Assembly: GCA_964016885.1 (NCBI GenBank)
Contig: OZ024740.1
Location: 138,942,001-139,006,000, forward strand
Direction of reading: 5' to 3'
Source: Eledone cirrhosa
Taxonomy: Eukaryota
Length of the DNA: 64,000 nt
In this document: positions 23,701 to 35,800 of the stretch, piece by piece
Position numbering within the stretch: the stretch's first letter is position 1
Layout of the letters: every line of letters starts with the position of its first letter
Made by a program: the position numbers and the translations under genes
Notes under the pieces: generated by a model
What the model was told of the DNA's origin: nothing
Databases searched by the model: none
Seen by the model: only the letters and a program-made list of their open reading frames with translations

Positions 23701-26700
23701 GTTTGTCTTGTTGTTGTTGTCATTGTTGTTGTTAGTCTTGTTGTTGTTGTCATTGCTGTTGTTAATCTCGTTGTTGTTCTCATTGTTGTTGTTATTCTTG
23801 TTGTTGTTGTCATTGTTGCTGTTAGTCTTGTTGTTGTTAGTCTTGTTCTTGTTGTCATTGTTGAGTTAGTCTTGTTGTTGTTGTTTTCATTGTTGTTGTT
23901 AGTCTTGTTGATGTCGTCATTGTTGTTGTTAGTCTTGTTGTTAGTCTTGTTGTTGTCATTGTTGTTGTTAGTCTTGTTGTTGTTGTCATTGTTGTTGTTG
24001 GTCTTGTTGTTGTTAGTCTTGTTGTTGTTAGTCTTGTTGTTGTCATTGTTGTTGTTAGTCTTGTTGTTGTTGTCATTGTTGTTGTTAGTCTTGTTGTTGT
24101 TGTCATTGTTGTTGTTAATCTTGTTGTTGTTGTCATTGATGCTGTTAGTCTTGTTGTTGTTGTCATTGTTGTTGTTAGTCTTGATGTTTTAATTGTTGTT
24201 GTTAGTCTTGTTGTTGTTGTCATTGTTGTTGTTAGTCTTATTGTTGTTGTTAGTCTTGTTGTTGTTTTCATTGGTGTTGTTAGTCTTGTTGTTGTTGTCA
24301 TTGTTGTTGTCATTATTGTTGTTATTCTTGTTATTGTTGTCATTGTTGCTGTTAGTCTTGTTGTTGTCATTGTTGTTGTTAGTCTTGTTGTTGTTGTCAT
24401 TGTTGTTAGTCTTGTTGTTGTTGTTTTCATTGTTGTTGTTAGTCTTCTTGTTGTTGTCATTGTTGTTGTTTGTCTTGTTGTTGTTGTCACTGTTGCTGTT
24501 AGTCTCGTTGTTGTTAGTCTTGTTGTTGTTGTCATTGTTGTTGTTAGCCTTGTAGTTGTTGTTAGTCTTGTTGTTGTTTTCATTGTTGTTGTTAGTCTTG
24601 TTGTTGTTGTTATTGTTATTGTTAGTGTTGTTGTTGTTGTCATTGTTGTTGTTATTCTTGTTGTTGTTGTCATTGTTGTTGTTAGTCTTGTTGTTGTTGT
24701 CATTGTTGTTGTTAGTCTTGTTGATGTTGTCATTGTTGTGGTTAGTCTTGTTGTTGTTGTCATTATTGTTGTTAGTTTTGTTATTGTTGTCATTGTTGCT
24801 GTTAGTCTTGTTGTTGTCATTGTTGTTGTTAGTCTTGTTGTTGTTGTCATTGTTGTTGTTAGTCTTGTTGTTGTTGTCATTATTGTTGTTAGTTTGTTGT
24901 TGTTGTCATTGTTGTTGTTAGTCTTGTTATTGTTGTCATTGTTGCTGTTAGTCTTGTTGTTGTCACTGTTGTTGTTAGTCTTGTTGTTGTTGTCATTGTT
25001 GTTGTTAGTCTTGTTGTTGTTGTGATTATTGTTGTTAGACTTGTTGTTGTTGTCATTGTTGTTGTTAGTCTTGTTGTTGTTGTCATTGTTACTGTTAGTC
25101 TTCTTGTTGTCATTTTAGTTGTTAGTCTGGTTGTTGTCATTGTTGTTGTTAGTCTTATAGTTGTTGTCATTGTTGTTGTTAGTCTTGTTATTGCTGTCAT
25201 TGTTGTTGTTGGTCTTGTTGTTGTTGTCATTGTTGCTGTTAGTCTTGTTGTTATTGTGATTGTTGTTGTTAGTCTTGTTGTTGTTGTCATTGTTGCTGTT
25301 AGTCTTGTTGTTGTCATTGTTGATGTTATTCTTGTTGCTGTTGTCATTGTTGCTGTTAGTCTTGTTGTTATCGTGATTGTTGTTGTTAGTCTTGTAGTTG
25401 TTGTCATTGTTGCTGTTAGTCTTGTTGTTGTTGTCATTGTTGTTGTTAGTCTTGTTGTTGTTGTCATTGTTGTTGTTACTCTTGTTGTTGTTGTCATTGT
25501 TGCTGTTAGTCTTGTTGTTGTTGTCATTGTTGTTGTTAGTCTTTTTGTTGTTGTTAGACTTGTTGTTGTTGTCATTGTTACTGTTAGTCTTGTTGTTGTT
25601 GTCATTGTTGTTGTTGTCATTGTTGCTGTTAGTCTTGTTGTTGTTGTCATTGTTGTTGTTAGTATTGTTGTTGTTGTCATTGTTGTTGTTAGTCTTGTTG
25701 TTGTTGTCATTGTTGTTGTTAGTCTTGTTGTTGTTGTTGTCATTGTTGTTGTTAGTCTTGTTGTTGTTAGTCTTGTTGTTGTTGCCATTGTTGTTGTTAG
25801 TCTTGTTATTGTCATTGTTGCTGTTAGTTTCGTTGTTATCATTGTTGCTGTTAGTCTCGTTGTTGTCATTGTTGCTGTTAGTCTTCTTGTTGTTGTCATT
25901 GTTGTTGTTAGTCTTCTTGTTGTTGTCATTGTTGTTGTTAGTCTTGTTGTTGTTGTCATTATTGTTAGTTTTGTTGTTGTTGTTAGTCTTGTTGTTTTCA
26001 TTGGTGTTGTTAGTCTTGTTGTTGTTGTCATTGTTTTTGTTAGTCTTGTTGTTGTTGTCATTGTTGTTGTTAGTCTTGTCGTTGTTGTCATTGTTGTTGT
26101 TAGTCTTGTTGTTTTTGTCATTGTTGCTGTTAGTCTTGTTGTTGTTGTCATTGTTGTTGTTAATCTCGTTGTTGTTGTCATTGTTGTTGTTAGTCTTGTT
26201 GTTGTTGTAATTGTTGCTGTTAGTCTTGTTGTTGTTGTCATTGTTGTTGTTAGTCTTGATTTTGTTGTCATTGTTGCTGTTAGTCTTGTTGTTGTTGTCA
26301 TTGTTGTTGTTAATCTCGTTGTTGTTGTCATTGTTGTTGTTAGTCTTCTTGTTGTTGTCATTGTTGCTGTTAGTCTTGTTGTTTTTGTCATTGTTGTTGT
26401 TAGTCTTGTTGTTGTTGTCATTGTTGTTGTTAATCTCGTTGTTGTTGTCATTGTTGTTGTTAGTCTTGTTGTTGTTGTCATTGTTGTTGTTAGTCTTGTT
26501 GTTGTTGTCATTGTTGTTGTTAATCTCGTTGTTGTTGTCATTGTTGTTGTTAGTCTTGTTGTTGGTGTCATTGTTGCTGTTAGTCTTGTTGTTGTTGTCA
26601 TTGTTGTTGTTAGTCTTATTGTTGTTGTCATTGTTGCTGTTAGTCTTGTTGTTGTTGTCATTGTTGTTGTTAGTCTTGTTGTTGTTGTCATTGTTGTTGT

Positions 26701-28099
26701 TAATCTCGTTGTTGTTGTCATTGTTGTTGTTAGTCTTGTTGTTGTTGTCATTGTTGTTGTTAGTCTTGTTGTTGTTGTCATTGTTGTTGTTAATCTCGTT
26801 GTTGTTGTCATTGTTGTTGTTAGTCTTGTTGTTGTTGTCATTGTTGTTGTTAGCCTTGTTGTTGTTGTCATTGTTGCTGTTACTCTTGTTGTTGTTTTCA
26901 TTTTTGTTGTTAATCTTGTTGTTAGTCTTGTTGTTAGTCTTGTTGTTGTTGTCATTATTGTTGTTAGTCTTCTTGTTGTTGTCATTGTTGTTGTTAGTCT
27001 TGTTGTTGTTGTTGTCAGTGTTGTTGTTAGTATTGTTGTTGTTAGTCTTGTTGTTGTTGTCATTTTTGTTGTTGTCATTGTTGTTATTAATCTTGTTGTT
27101 GTTAATCTTGTTGTTGTTGTCATTATTGTAATTAGTCTTGTTGTTGTTAGTCTTGTTGTTGTTGCAATTGTTGCTGTTAGTCTTGTTGTTGTTGTCATTG
27201 TTGCTGTTAGTCTTTTTGTTGTTGCAATTGTTGCTGTTAGTCTTGTTGTTGTTGTTGTTAGTCTTGTTGTTGTTGTCATTGTTGTTATTGGTCTTGTTGT
27301 TGTTGTCATTGTTGCTGTTAGTCTTGTTGTTGTTGTCATTGTTGTTGTTAGTCTTGTTGTTGTTAGTCTTGTTGTTGTTGTCATTGTTGCTGTTAGTCTT
27401 GTTGTTGTTATTGTTGCTGTTAGTCATGTTGTTGTTAGTCTTGTTGTTGTTGTCATTGTTGTTGTTAGTCTTGTTGTAGTTTTCATTTTTGTTGTTAATC
27501 TTGTTGTTGTTAGTCTTGTAGTTGTTGTCATTGTTGCTGTTAGTCTTGTTGTTATTGTGATTGTTGTTGTTAGTCTTGTTGTTGTTGTCATTGTTGCTGC
27601 TAGTCTTGTTGTTGTTGTCATTGTTGATGTTATTCTTGTTGCTGTTGTCATTGTTGTTGTTAGTCTTGTTGTTGTTGTCATTGTTGCTGTTAGTCTTGTT
27701 GTTGTTGTCATTGCTGTTGTTAGTCTTGTTGTTGTTGTCATTGTTGCTGTTAGTCTTGTTGTTGTTGTCATTGTTGCTGTTAGTCTTGTTGTTATCGTGA
27801 TTGTTGTTGTTAGTCTTGTTGTTGTTGTCATTGTTGCTGTTAGTCTTGTTGTTGTTGTCATTGTTGTTGTTAGTCTTGTTGTTGTTGTCATTGTTGTTGT
27901 TAGTCTTGTTGTTGTTGTCATTGTTGCTGTTAGTCTTGTTGTTGTTGTCATTGCTGTTGTTAGTTTTGTTGTTGTTGTCGTTGTTACTGTTAGTCTTGTT
28001 GTTGTTAGTCTTGTTGTTGTTGCCATTGTTGTTGTTAGTCTTGTTATTGTCATTGTTGCTGTTAGTCTCGTTGTTATCATTGTTGCTGTTAGTCTCGTT

Positions 28100-31000
28100 G
28101 TTGTCATTGTTGCTGTTAGTCTTCATGTTGTTGTCATTGTTGTTGTTAGTCTTCTTGTTGTTGTCATTGTTGTTGTTAGTCTTGTTGTTGTTGTTGTCAT
28201 TGTTGTTGTTAGTCTTGTTGTTGTTAGTCTTGTTGTTGTTGCCATTGTTGTTGTTAGTCTTGTTATTGTCATTGTTGCTGTTAGTCTCGTTGTTATCATT
28301 GTTGCTGTTAGTCTCGTTGTTGTCATTGTTGCTGTTAGTCTTCTTGTTGTTGTCATTGTTGTTGTTAGTCTTCTTGTTGTTGTCATTGTTGTTGTTAGTC
28401 TTGTTGTTGTTGTCATTGTTGCTGTTAGTCTTGTTGTTGTTGTCATTGTTGTTGTTAGTCTTGTTGTTGTCATTGTTGTTGTTAGTGTTGTTGTTGTTAG
28501 TCTTGTTGTTGTTAGTCGTGTTGTTGTTGTCATTGTTGCTGTTAGTCTTGTTGTTGTTAGTCTTGTTGTTGTTGTCATTGTTGTATTTAGTCTTGTTGTT
28601 GTTGGTCGTGTTGTTGTTAGTCTTGTTGTTGTTGTCATTGTTGCTGTTTGTCTTGTTGTTGTTGGTCGTGTTGTTGTTAGTCTTGTTGTTGTTAGTCTTG
28701 TTGTTGTTGTCATTGTTGCTGTTAGTCTTGTTGTTGTTGTCATTGTTGTTGTTAGTCTTGTTGTTGTTGTCATTGTTGTTGTTAATCTCGTTGTTGTTGT
28801 CATTGTTGTTGTTAGTCTTGTTGTTGTTGTCATTGTTGCTGTTAGTCTTGTTGTTGTTGTCATTGTTGTTGTTAGTCTTGTTGTTGTCATTGTTGTTGTT
28901 AGCCTTGTTGTTGATGTCATTGTTGCTGTTAGTCTTGTTGTTGTTTTCATTTTTGTTGTTAATCTTGTTGTTGTTAGTCTTGTTGTTAGTCTTGTTGTTG
29001 TTGTCATTATTGTTGTTAGTCTTCTTGTTGTTGTCATTGTTGTTGTTAGTCTTGATGTTGTTGTTGTCAGTGTTGTTGTTAGTATTGTTGTTGTTAGTCT
29101 TGTTGTTGTTGTCATTTTTGTTGTTGTCATTGTTGTTATTAATCTTGTTGTTGTTAATCTTGTTGTTGTCATTATTGTAATTAGTCTTGTTGTTGTTAGT
29201 CTTGTTGTTGTTGCAATTGTTGCTATTAGTCTTGTTGTTGTTGTCATTGTTGCTGTTAGTCTTTTTGTTGTTGCAATTGTTGCTGTTAGTCTTGTTGTTG
29301 TTGTTAGTCTTGTTGTTGTTGTCATTGTTGTTATTAGTCTTGTTGTTGTTGTCATTGTTGCTGTTAGTCTTGTTGTTGTTGTCATTGTTGTTGTTAGTCT
29401 CGTTGTTGTTAGTCTTGTTGTTGTTGTCATTGTTGCTGTTAGTCTTGTTGTTGTTGTCATTGTTGCTGTTAGTCATGTTGTTGTTAGTCTTGTTGTTGTT
29501 GTCATTGTTGTTGTTAGTCTTGTTGTAGTTTTCATTTTTGTTGTTAATCTTGTTGTTGTTAGTCTTGTAGTTGTTGTCATTGTTGCTGTTAGTCTTTTTG
29601 TTATTGTGATTGTTGTTGTTAGTCTTGTTGTTGTTGTCATTGTTGCTGTTAGTCTTGTTGTTGTTGTCATTGTTGATGTTATTCTTGTTGCTGTTGTCAT
29701 TGTTGCTGTTAGTCTTGTTGTTATCGGGATTGTTGTTGTTAGTCTTGTTGTTGTTGTCATTGTTGCTGTTAGTCTTGTTGTTGTTGTCATTGTTGTTGTT
29801 AGTCTTGTTGTTGTTGTCATTGTTGTTGTTAGTCTTGTTGTTGTTGTCATTGTTGCTATTAGTCTTGTTGTTGTTGTCATTGTTGTTGTTAGTTTTGTTG
29901 TTGTTGTCGTCGTTACTGTTAGTCTTGTTGTTGTTAGACTTTTTGTTGTTGTTAGACTTGTTGTTGTTGTCATTGTTACTGTTAGTCTTGTTGTTGTTGT
30001 TGTTGTAGCTGTTAGTCTTGTTGTTGTTAGTATTGTTGTTGTTGTCATTGTTGTTGTTAGTCTTGTTGTTGTTGTCATTGTTGTTGTTAGTCTTGTTGTT
30101 GTTGTTGTCATTGTTGTTGTTAGTCTTGTTGTTATCATTGTTGCTGTTAGTCTCGTTGTTATCATTGTTGCTGTTAGTCTCGTTGTTGTCATTGTTGCTG
30201 TTAGTCTTCTTGTTGTTGTCATTGTTGTTGTTAGTCTTCTTGTTGTTGTCATTGTTGTTGTTAGTCTTGTTGTTGTTGTCATTGTTGCTGTTAGTCTTGT
30301 TGTTGTTGCCATTGTTGTTGTTAGTCTTGTTATTGTCATTGTTGCTGTTAGTCTCGTTGTTATCATTGTTGCTGTTAGTCTCGTTGTTGTCATTGTTGCT
30401 GTTAGTCTTCTTGTTGTTGTCATTGTTGTTGTTAGTCTTCTTGTTGTTGTCATTGTTGTTGTTAGTCTTGTTGTTGTTGTCATTGTTGCTGTTAGTCTTG
30501 TTGTTGTTATCATTGTTGTTGTTAGTCTTGTTGTTGTCATTGTTGTTGTTAGTCTTGTTGTTGTTAGTCTTGTTGTTGTTAGTCTTGTTGTTGTTAGTCG
30601 TGTTGTTGTTGTCATTGTTGCTGTTAATCTTGTTGTTGTTAGTCTTGTTGTTGTTGTCATTGTTGTATTTAGTCTTGTTGTTGTTGGTCGTGTTGTTGTT
30701 AGTCTTGTTGTTGTTGTCATTGTTGCTGTTTGTCTTGTTGTTGTTGGTCGTGTTGTTGTTAGTCTTGTTGTTGTTAGTCTTGTTGTTGTTGTCATTGTTG
30801 CTGTTAGTCTTGTTGTTGTTGTCATTGTTGTTGTTAGTCTTGTTGTTGTTGTCATTGTTGTTGTTAATCTCGTTGTTGTTGTCATTGTTGTTGTTAGTCT
30901 TGTTGTTGTTGTCATTGTTGCTGTTAGTCTTGTTGTTGTTGTCATTGTTGTTGTTAGTCTTGTTGTTGTCATTGTTGTTGTTAGCCTTGTTGTTGTTGTC

Positions 31001-32800
31001 ATTGTTGCTGTTAGTCTTGTTGTTGTTTTCATTTTTGTTGTTAATCTTGTTGTTGTTAGTCTTGTTGTTAGTCTTGTTGTTGTTGTCATTATTGTTGTTA
31101 GTCTTCTTGTTGTTGTCATTGTTGTTGTTAGTCTTGATGTTGTTGTTGTCAGTGTTGTTGTTAGTATTGTTGTTGTTAGTCTTGTTGTTGTTGTCATTTT
31201 TGTTGTTGTCATTGTTGTTATTAATCTTGTTGTTGTTAATCTTGTTGTTGTTGTCATTATTGTAATAAGTCTTGTTGTTGTTAGTCTTGTTGTTGTTGCA
31301 ATTGTTGCTGTTAGTCTTGTTGTTGTTGTCATTGTTGCTGTTAGTCTTTTTGTTGTTGCAATTGTTGCTGTTAGACTTGTTGTTGTTGTTAGTCTTGTTG
31401 TTGTTGTCATTGTTGTTATTAGTCTTGTTGTTGTTGTCATTGTTGCTGTTAGTCTTGTTGTTGTTGTCATTGTTGTTGTTAGTCTCGTTGTTGTTAGTCT
31501 TGTTGTTGTTGTCATTGTTGCTGTTAGTCTTGTTGTTGTTGTCATTGTTGCTGTTAGTCTTGTTGTTGTTGTCATTGTTGTTGTTAGTCTTGTTGTAGTT
31601 TTCATTTTTGTTGTTAATCTTGTTGTTGTTAGTCTTGTAGTTGTTGTCATTGTTGCTGTTAGTCTTGTTGTTATTGTGATTGTTGTTGTTAGTCTTGTTG
31701 TTGTTGTCATTGTTGCTGTTAGTCTTGTTGTTGTTGTCATTGTTGATGTTATTCTTGTTGCTGTTGTCATTGTAGCTGTTAGTCTTGTTGTTATCGGGAT
31801 TGTTGTTGTTAGTCTTGTTGTTGTCGTCATTGTTGCTGTTAGTCTTGTTGTTGTTGTCATTGTTGTTGTTAGTCTTGATGTTGTTGTCATTGTTGCTATT
31901 AGTCTTGTTGTTGTTGTCATTGTTGTTGTTAGTTTTGTTGTTGTTGTCGTCGTTACTGTTAGTCTTGTTGTTGTTAGACTTTTTGTTGTTGTTAGACTTG
32001 TTGTTGTTGTCATTGTTGCTGTTAGTCTTGTTGTTGTTGTCATTGTTGTTGTTAGTCTTGATGTTGTTGTCATTGTTGCTATTAGTCTTGTTGTTGTTGT
32101 CATTGTTGTTGTTAGTTTTGTTGTTGTTGTCGTCGTTACTGTTAGTCTTGTTGTTGTTAGACTTTTTGTTGTTGTTAGACTTGTTGTTGTTGTCATTGTT
32201 ACTGTTAGTCTTGTTGTTGTTGTTGTAGCTGTTAGTCTTGTTGTTGTTGTCATTGTTGTTGTTAGTATTGTTGTTGTTGTCATTGTTGTTGTTAGTCTTG
32301 TTGTTGTTGTCATTGTTGTTGTTAGTCTTGTTGTTATCATTGTTGCTGTTAGTCTCGTTGTTATCATTGTTGCTGTTAGTCTCGTTGTTGTCATTGTTGC
32401 TGTTAGTCTTCTTGTTGTTGTCATTGTTGTTGTTAGTCTTCTTGTTGTTGTCATTGTTGTTGTTAGTCTTGTTGTTGTTGTCATTGTTGCTGTTAGTCTT
32501 GTTGTTGTTGTCATTGTTGTTGTTAGTCTTGTTGTTGTCATTGTTGTTGTTAGTCTTGTTGTTGTTAGTCTTGTTGTTGTTAGTCTTGTTGTTGTTAGTC
32601 GTGTTGTTGTTGTCATTGTTGCTGTTAATCTTGTTGTTGTTAGTCTTGTTGTTGTTGTCATTGTTGTATTTAGTCTTGTTGTTGTTGGTCGTGTTGTTGT
32701 TAGTCTTGTTGTTGTTGTCATTGTTGCTGTTTGTCTTGTTGTTGTTGGTCGTGTTGTTGTTAGTCTTGTTGTTGTTAGTCTTGTTGTTGTTGTCATTGTT
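28100..32800. repeat. ~2.0-2.1-kb higher-order repeat (2 or more copies)
   Basis: GTATTTAGTC at 28583, 30665 and 32666; CTTGATGTTGTTGTTGTCAGTG at 29051 and 31133 (offset 2082); TTATCGGGAT at 29721 and 31791. Confidence 0.88.
31850..32210. repeat. 183-bp tandem duplication nested in the 2-kb higher-order repeat
   Basis: CTTGATGTTGTTGTCATTGTTGCTATT at 31874 and 32057; GTCGTCGTTACTGTT at 31946 and 32129. Confidence 0.85.
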
Positions 32801-35800
32801 GCTGTTAGTCTTGTTGTGGTTGTCATTGTTGCTGTTAGTCTTGTTGTTGTTGTTGTCATTGTTGCTGTTAGTCTTTTTGTTGTTGTCATTGTTGTTGTTA
32901 GTCTTGTTGTTCTTAGTCTTGTTGTTGTTGTCATTGTTGTTGTTTGTCTTGTTGTTGTTGTCATTGTTGTTGTTAATCTCGTTGTTGTTGTCATTGTAGT
33001 TGTTAGTCTTGTTGTTGTTGTCATTGTTGTTGTTAATCTCGTTGTTGTTCTCATTGTTGTTGTTATTCTTGTTGTTGTTGTCATTGTTGCTGTTAGTCTT
33101 GTTGTTGTTAGTCTTGTTCTTGTTGTCATTGTTGAGTTAGTCTTGTTGTTGTTGTTGTCATTGTTGTTGTTAGTCTTGTTGTTGTTAGTCTTGTTGTTGT
33201 CATTGTTGTTGTTAGTCTTGTTGTAGTTTTCATTGTTGTTGTTAGTCTTGTTGCTGTTAGTCTTGTTGTTATTAGTCTTGTTGTTGTCATTGTTGTTGTT
33301 AGTCTTGTTGTTGTTAGTCTTGTTGTTGTCATTGTTGTTGTTAGTCTTGTTGTTGTTAGTCTTGTTGTTCTTAGTCTTGTTGTTGTTGTCATTGTTGTTG
33401 TTGTTGTCATTGATGCTGTTAGTCTTGTTATTGTTGTCATTGTTGCTGTTAGTCTTGTTGTTGTCATTGTTGTTGTTAGTCTTGTTGTTGTTGTCATTGT
33501 TGTTAGTCTTGTTGTTGTTGTTTTCATTGTTGTTGTTAGTCTTGTTGTTGTTGTCATTGTTGTTGTTAGTCTTGTTGTTGTTGTCACTGTTGCTGTTAGT
33601 CTTGTTGTTGTTGTCATTGTTGTTGTTAGTCTTGTTGTTGTTGTTAGTCTTGTTGTTGTTTTCATTGTTGTTGTTAGTCTTGTTGTTGTTGTCATTGTTG
33701 TTGTTAGTCTTGTTGTTGTTGTTATTGTTATTGTTAGTGTTGTTGTTGTTGTCATTGTTGTTGTTAGTCTTGTTGTTGTTGTTATTGTTATTGTTAGTCT
33801 TGTTGTTGTTGTCATTGTTGTTATTAGTCTTGTTGTTTTTGTCATTGTTGCTGTTAGTCTTGTTGTTGTTGTCATTGTTGTTGTTAGTCTTGTTGTTGTT
33901 AGTCTTGTTGTTGTTGTCATTGTTGCTGTTAGTCTTGTTGTTGTTGTCATTGTTGCTGTTAGTCATGTTGTTGTTAGTCTTGTTGTTGTTGTCATTGTTG
34001 TTGTTAGTCTTGTTGTAGTTTTCATTTTTGTTGTTAATCTTGTTGTTGTTAGTCTTGTAGTTGTTGTCATTGTTGCTGTTAGTCTTTTTGTTGTTGTCTT
34101 TGTTGTTGTTAGTCTTGTTGTTGTCATTGCTGCTGTTAGTCTTGTTGTTGTTAGTCTTGTTGTTGTTAGTCTTGTTGTTGTTAGTCGTGTTGTTGTTGTC
34201 ATTGTTGCTGTTAGTCTTGTTGTTGTTAGTCTTGTTGTTGTTGTCATTGTTGCTGTTAGTCTTGTCGTTGTAGTCATTGTTGATGTTAGTCTTGTTGTTG
34301 TCATTGTTGCTGTTAGTCTTGTTGATGTTAGTCTTGTTGTTGTTAGTCTTGTTGTTGTTAGTCGTGTTGTTGTTGTCATTGTTGCTGTTAGTCTTGTTGT
34401 TGTTAGTCTTGTTGTTGTTGTCATTGTTGCTGTTAGTCTTGTTGTTGTTGTCATTGTTGTTGTTAGTCTTGTTGTTGTCATTGTTGCTGTTAGTCTTGTT
34501 GTTGTTAGTCTTGTTGTTGTTAGTCTTGTTGTTGTTAGTCTTGTTGTTGTTAGTCGTGTTGTTGTTGTCATTGTTGCTGTTAGTCTTGTTGTTGTTAGTC
34601 TTGTTGTTGTTGTCATTGTTGTATTTAGTCTTGTTGTTGTTGATCGTGTTGTTGTTAGTCTTGTTGTTGTTGTCATTGTTGCTGTTAGTCTTGTTGTTGT
34701 TGGTCGTGTTGTTGTTAGTCTTGTTTTTGTTAGTCTTGTTGTTGTTGTCATTGTTGCTGTTAGTCTTGTTGTTGTTGTCATTGTTGTTGTTAGACTTGTT
34801 GTTGTTGTCATCGTTGCTGTTAGTCTTGTTGCGGTTGTCATTGTTGCTGTTAGTCTTGTTGTTGTTGTCATTGTTGCTGTTAGTCTTGTTGTTGTTGGTC
34901 GTGTTGTTGTTAGTCGTGTTGTTGTTAGTCTTGTTGTTGTTAGTCTTGTTGTTGTTGTTGTCATTGTTGTTGTTAGTCTTGTTGTTCTTAGTCTTGTTGT
35001 TGTTGTCATTGTTGTTGTTTGTCTTGTTGTTGTTGTCATTGTTGTTGTTAATCTCGTTGTTGTTGTCATTGTTGTTGTTAATCTTGTTGTTGTTGTCATT
35101 GTTGTTGTTAGTCTTGTTGTTGTTGTCATTGTTGTTGTTAATCTCGTTGTTGTTCTCATTGTTGTTGTTATTCTTGTTGTTGTTGTCATTGTTGCTGTTA
35201 GTCTTGTTGTTGTTGTTGTCATTGTTGTTGTTTGTCTTGTTGATGTCGTCATTGTTGTTGTTAGTCTTGTTGTTGTTAGTCTTGTTGTTGTCATTGTTGT
35301 TGTTAGTCTTGTTGTTGTTGTCATTGTTGTTGTTAGTCTTGTTGCTGTTAGTCTTGTTGTTGTTAGTCTTGTTGTTGTTAGTCTTGTTGTTGTCATTGTT
35401 GTTGTTAGTCTTGTTGTTGTTGTCATTGATGTTGTTAGTCTTGTTGTTGTTGTCATTGTTGTTGTTAATCTTGTTGTTGTTGTCATTGATGCTGTTAGTC
35501 TTGTTATTGTTGTCATTGTTGCTGTTAGTCTTGTTGTTGTCATTGTTGTTGTTAGTCTTGTTGTTGTTGTCATTGTTGTTAGTCTTGTTGTTGTTGTTTT
35601 CATTGTTGTTGTTAGTCTTGTTGTTGTTGTCATTGTTGTTGTTAGTCTTGTTGTTGTTGTCACTGTTGCTGTTAGTCTCGTTGTTGTTAGTCTTGTTGTT
35701 GTTGGCATTGTTGTTGTTAGTCTTGTTGTTGTTGTTAGTCTTGTTGTTGTTTTCATTGTTGTTGTTAGTCTTGTTGTTGTTGTCATTGATGTTGTTAGTC

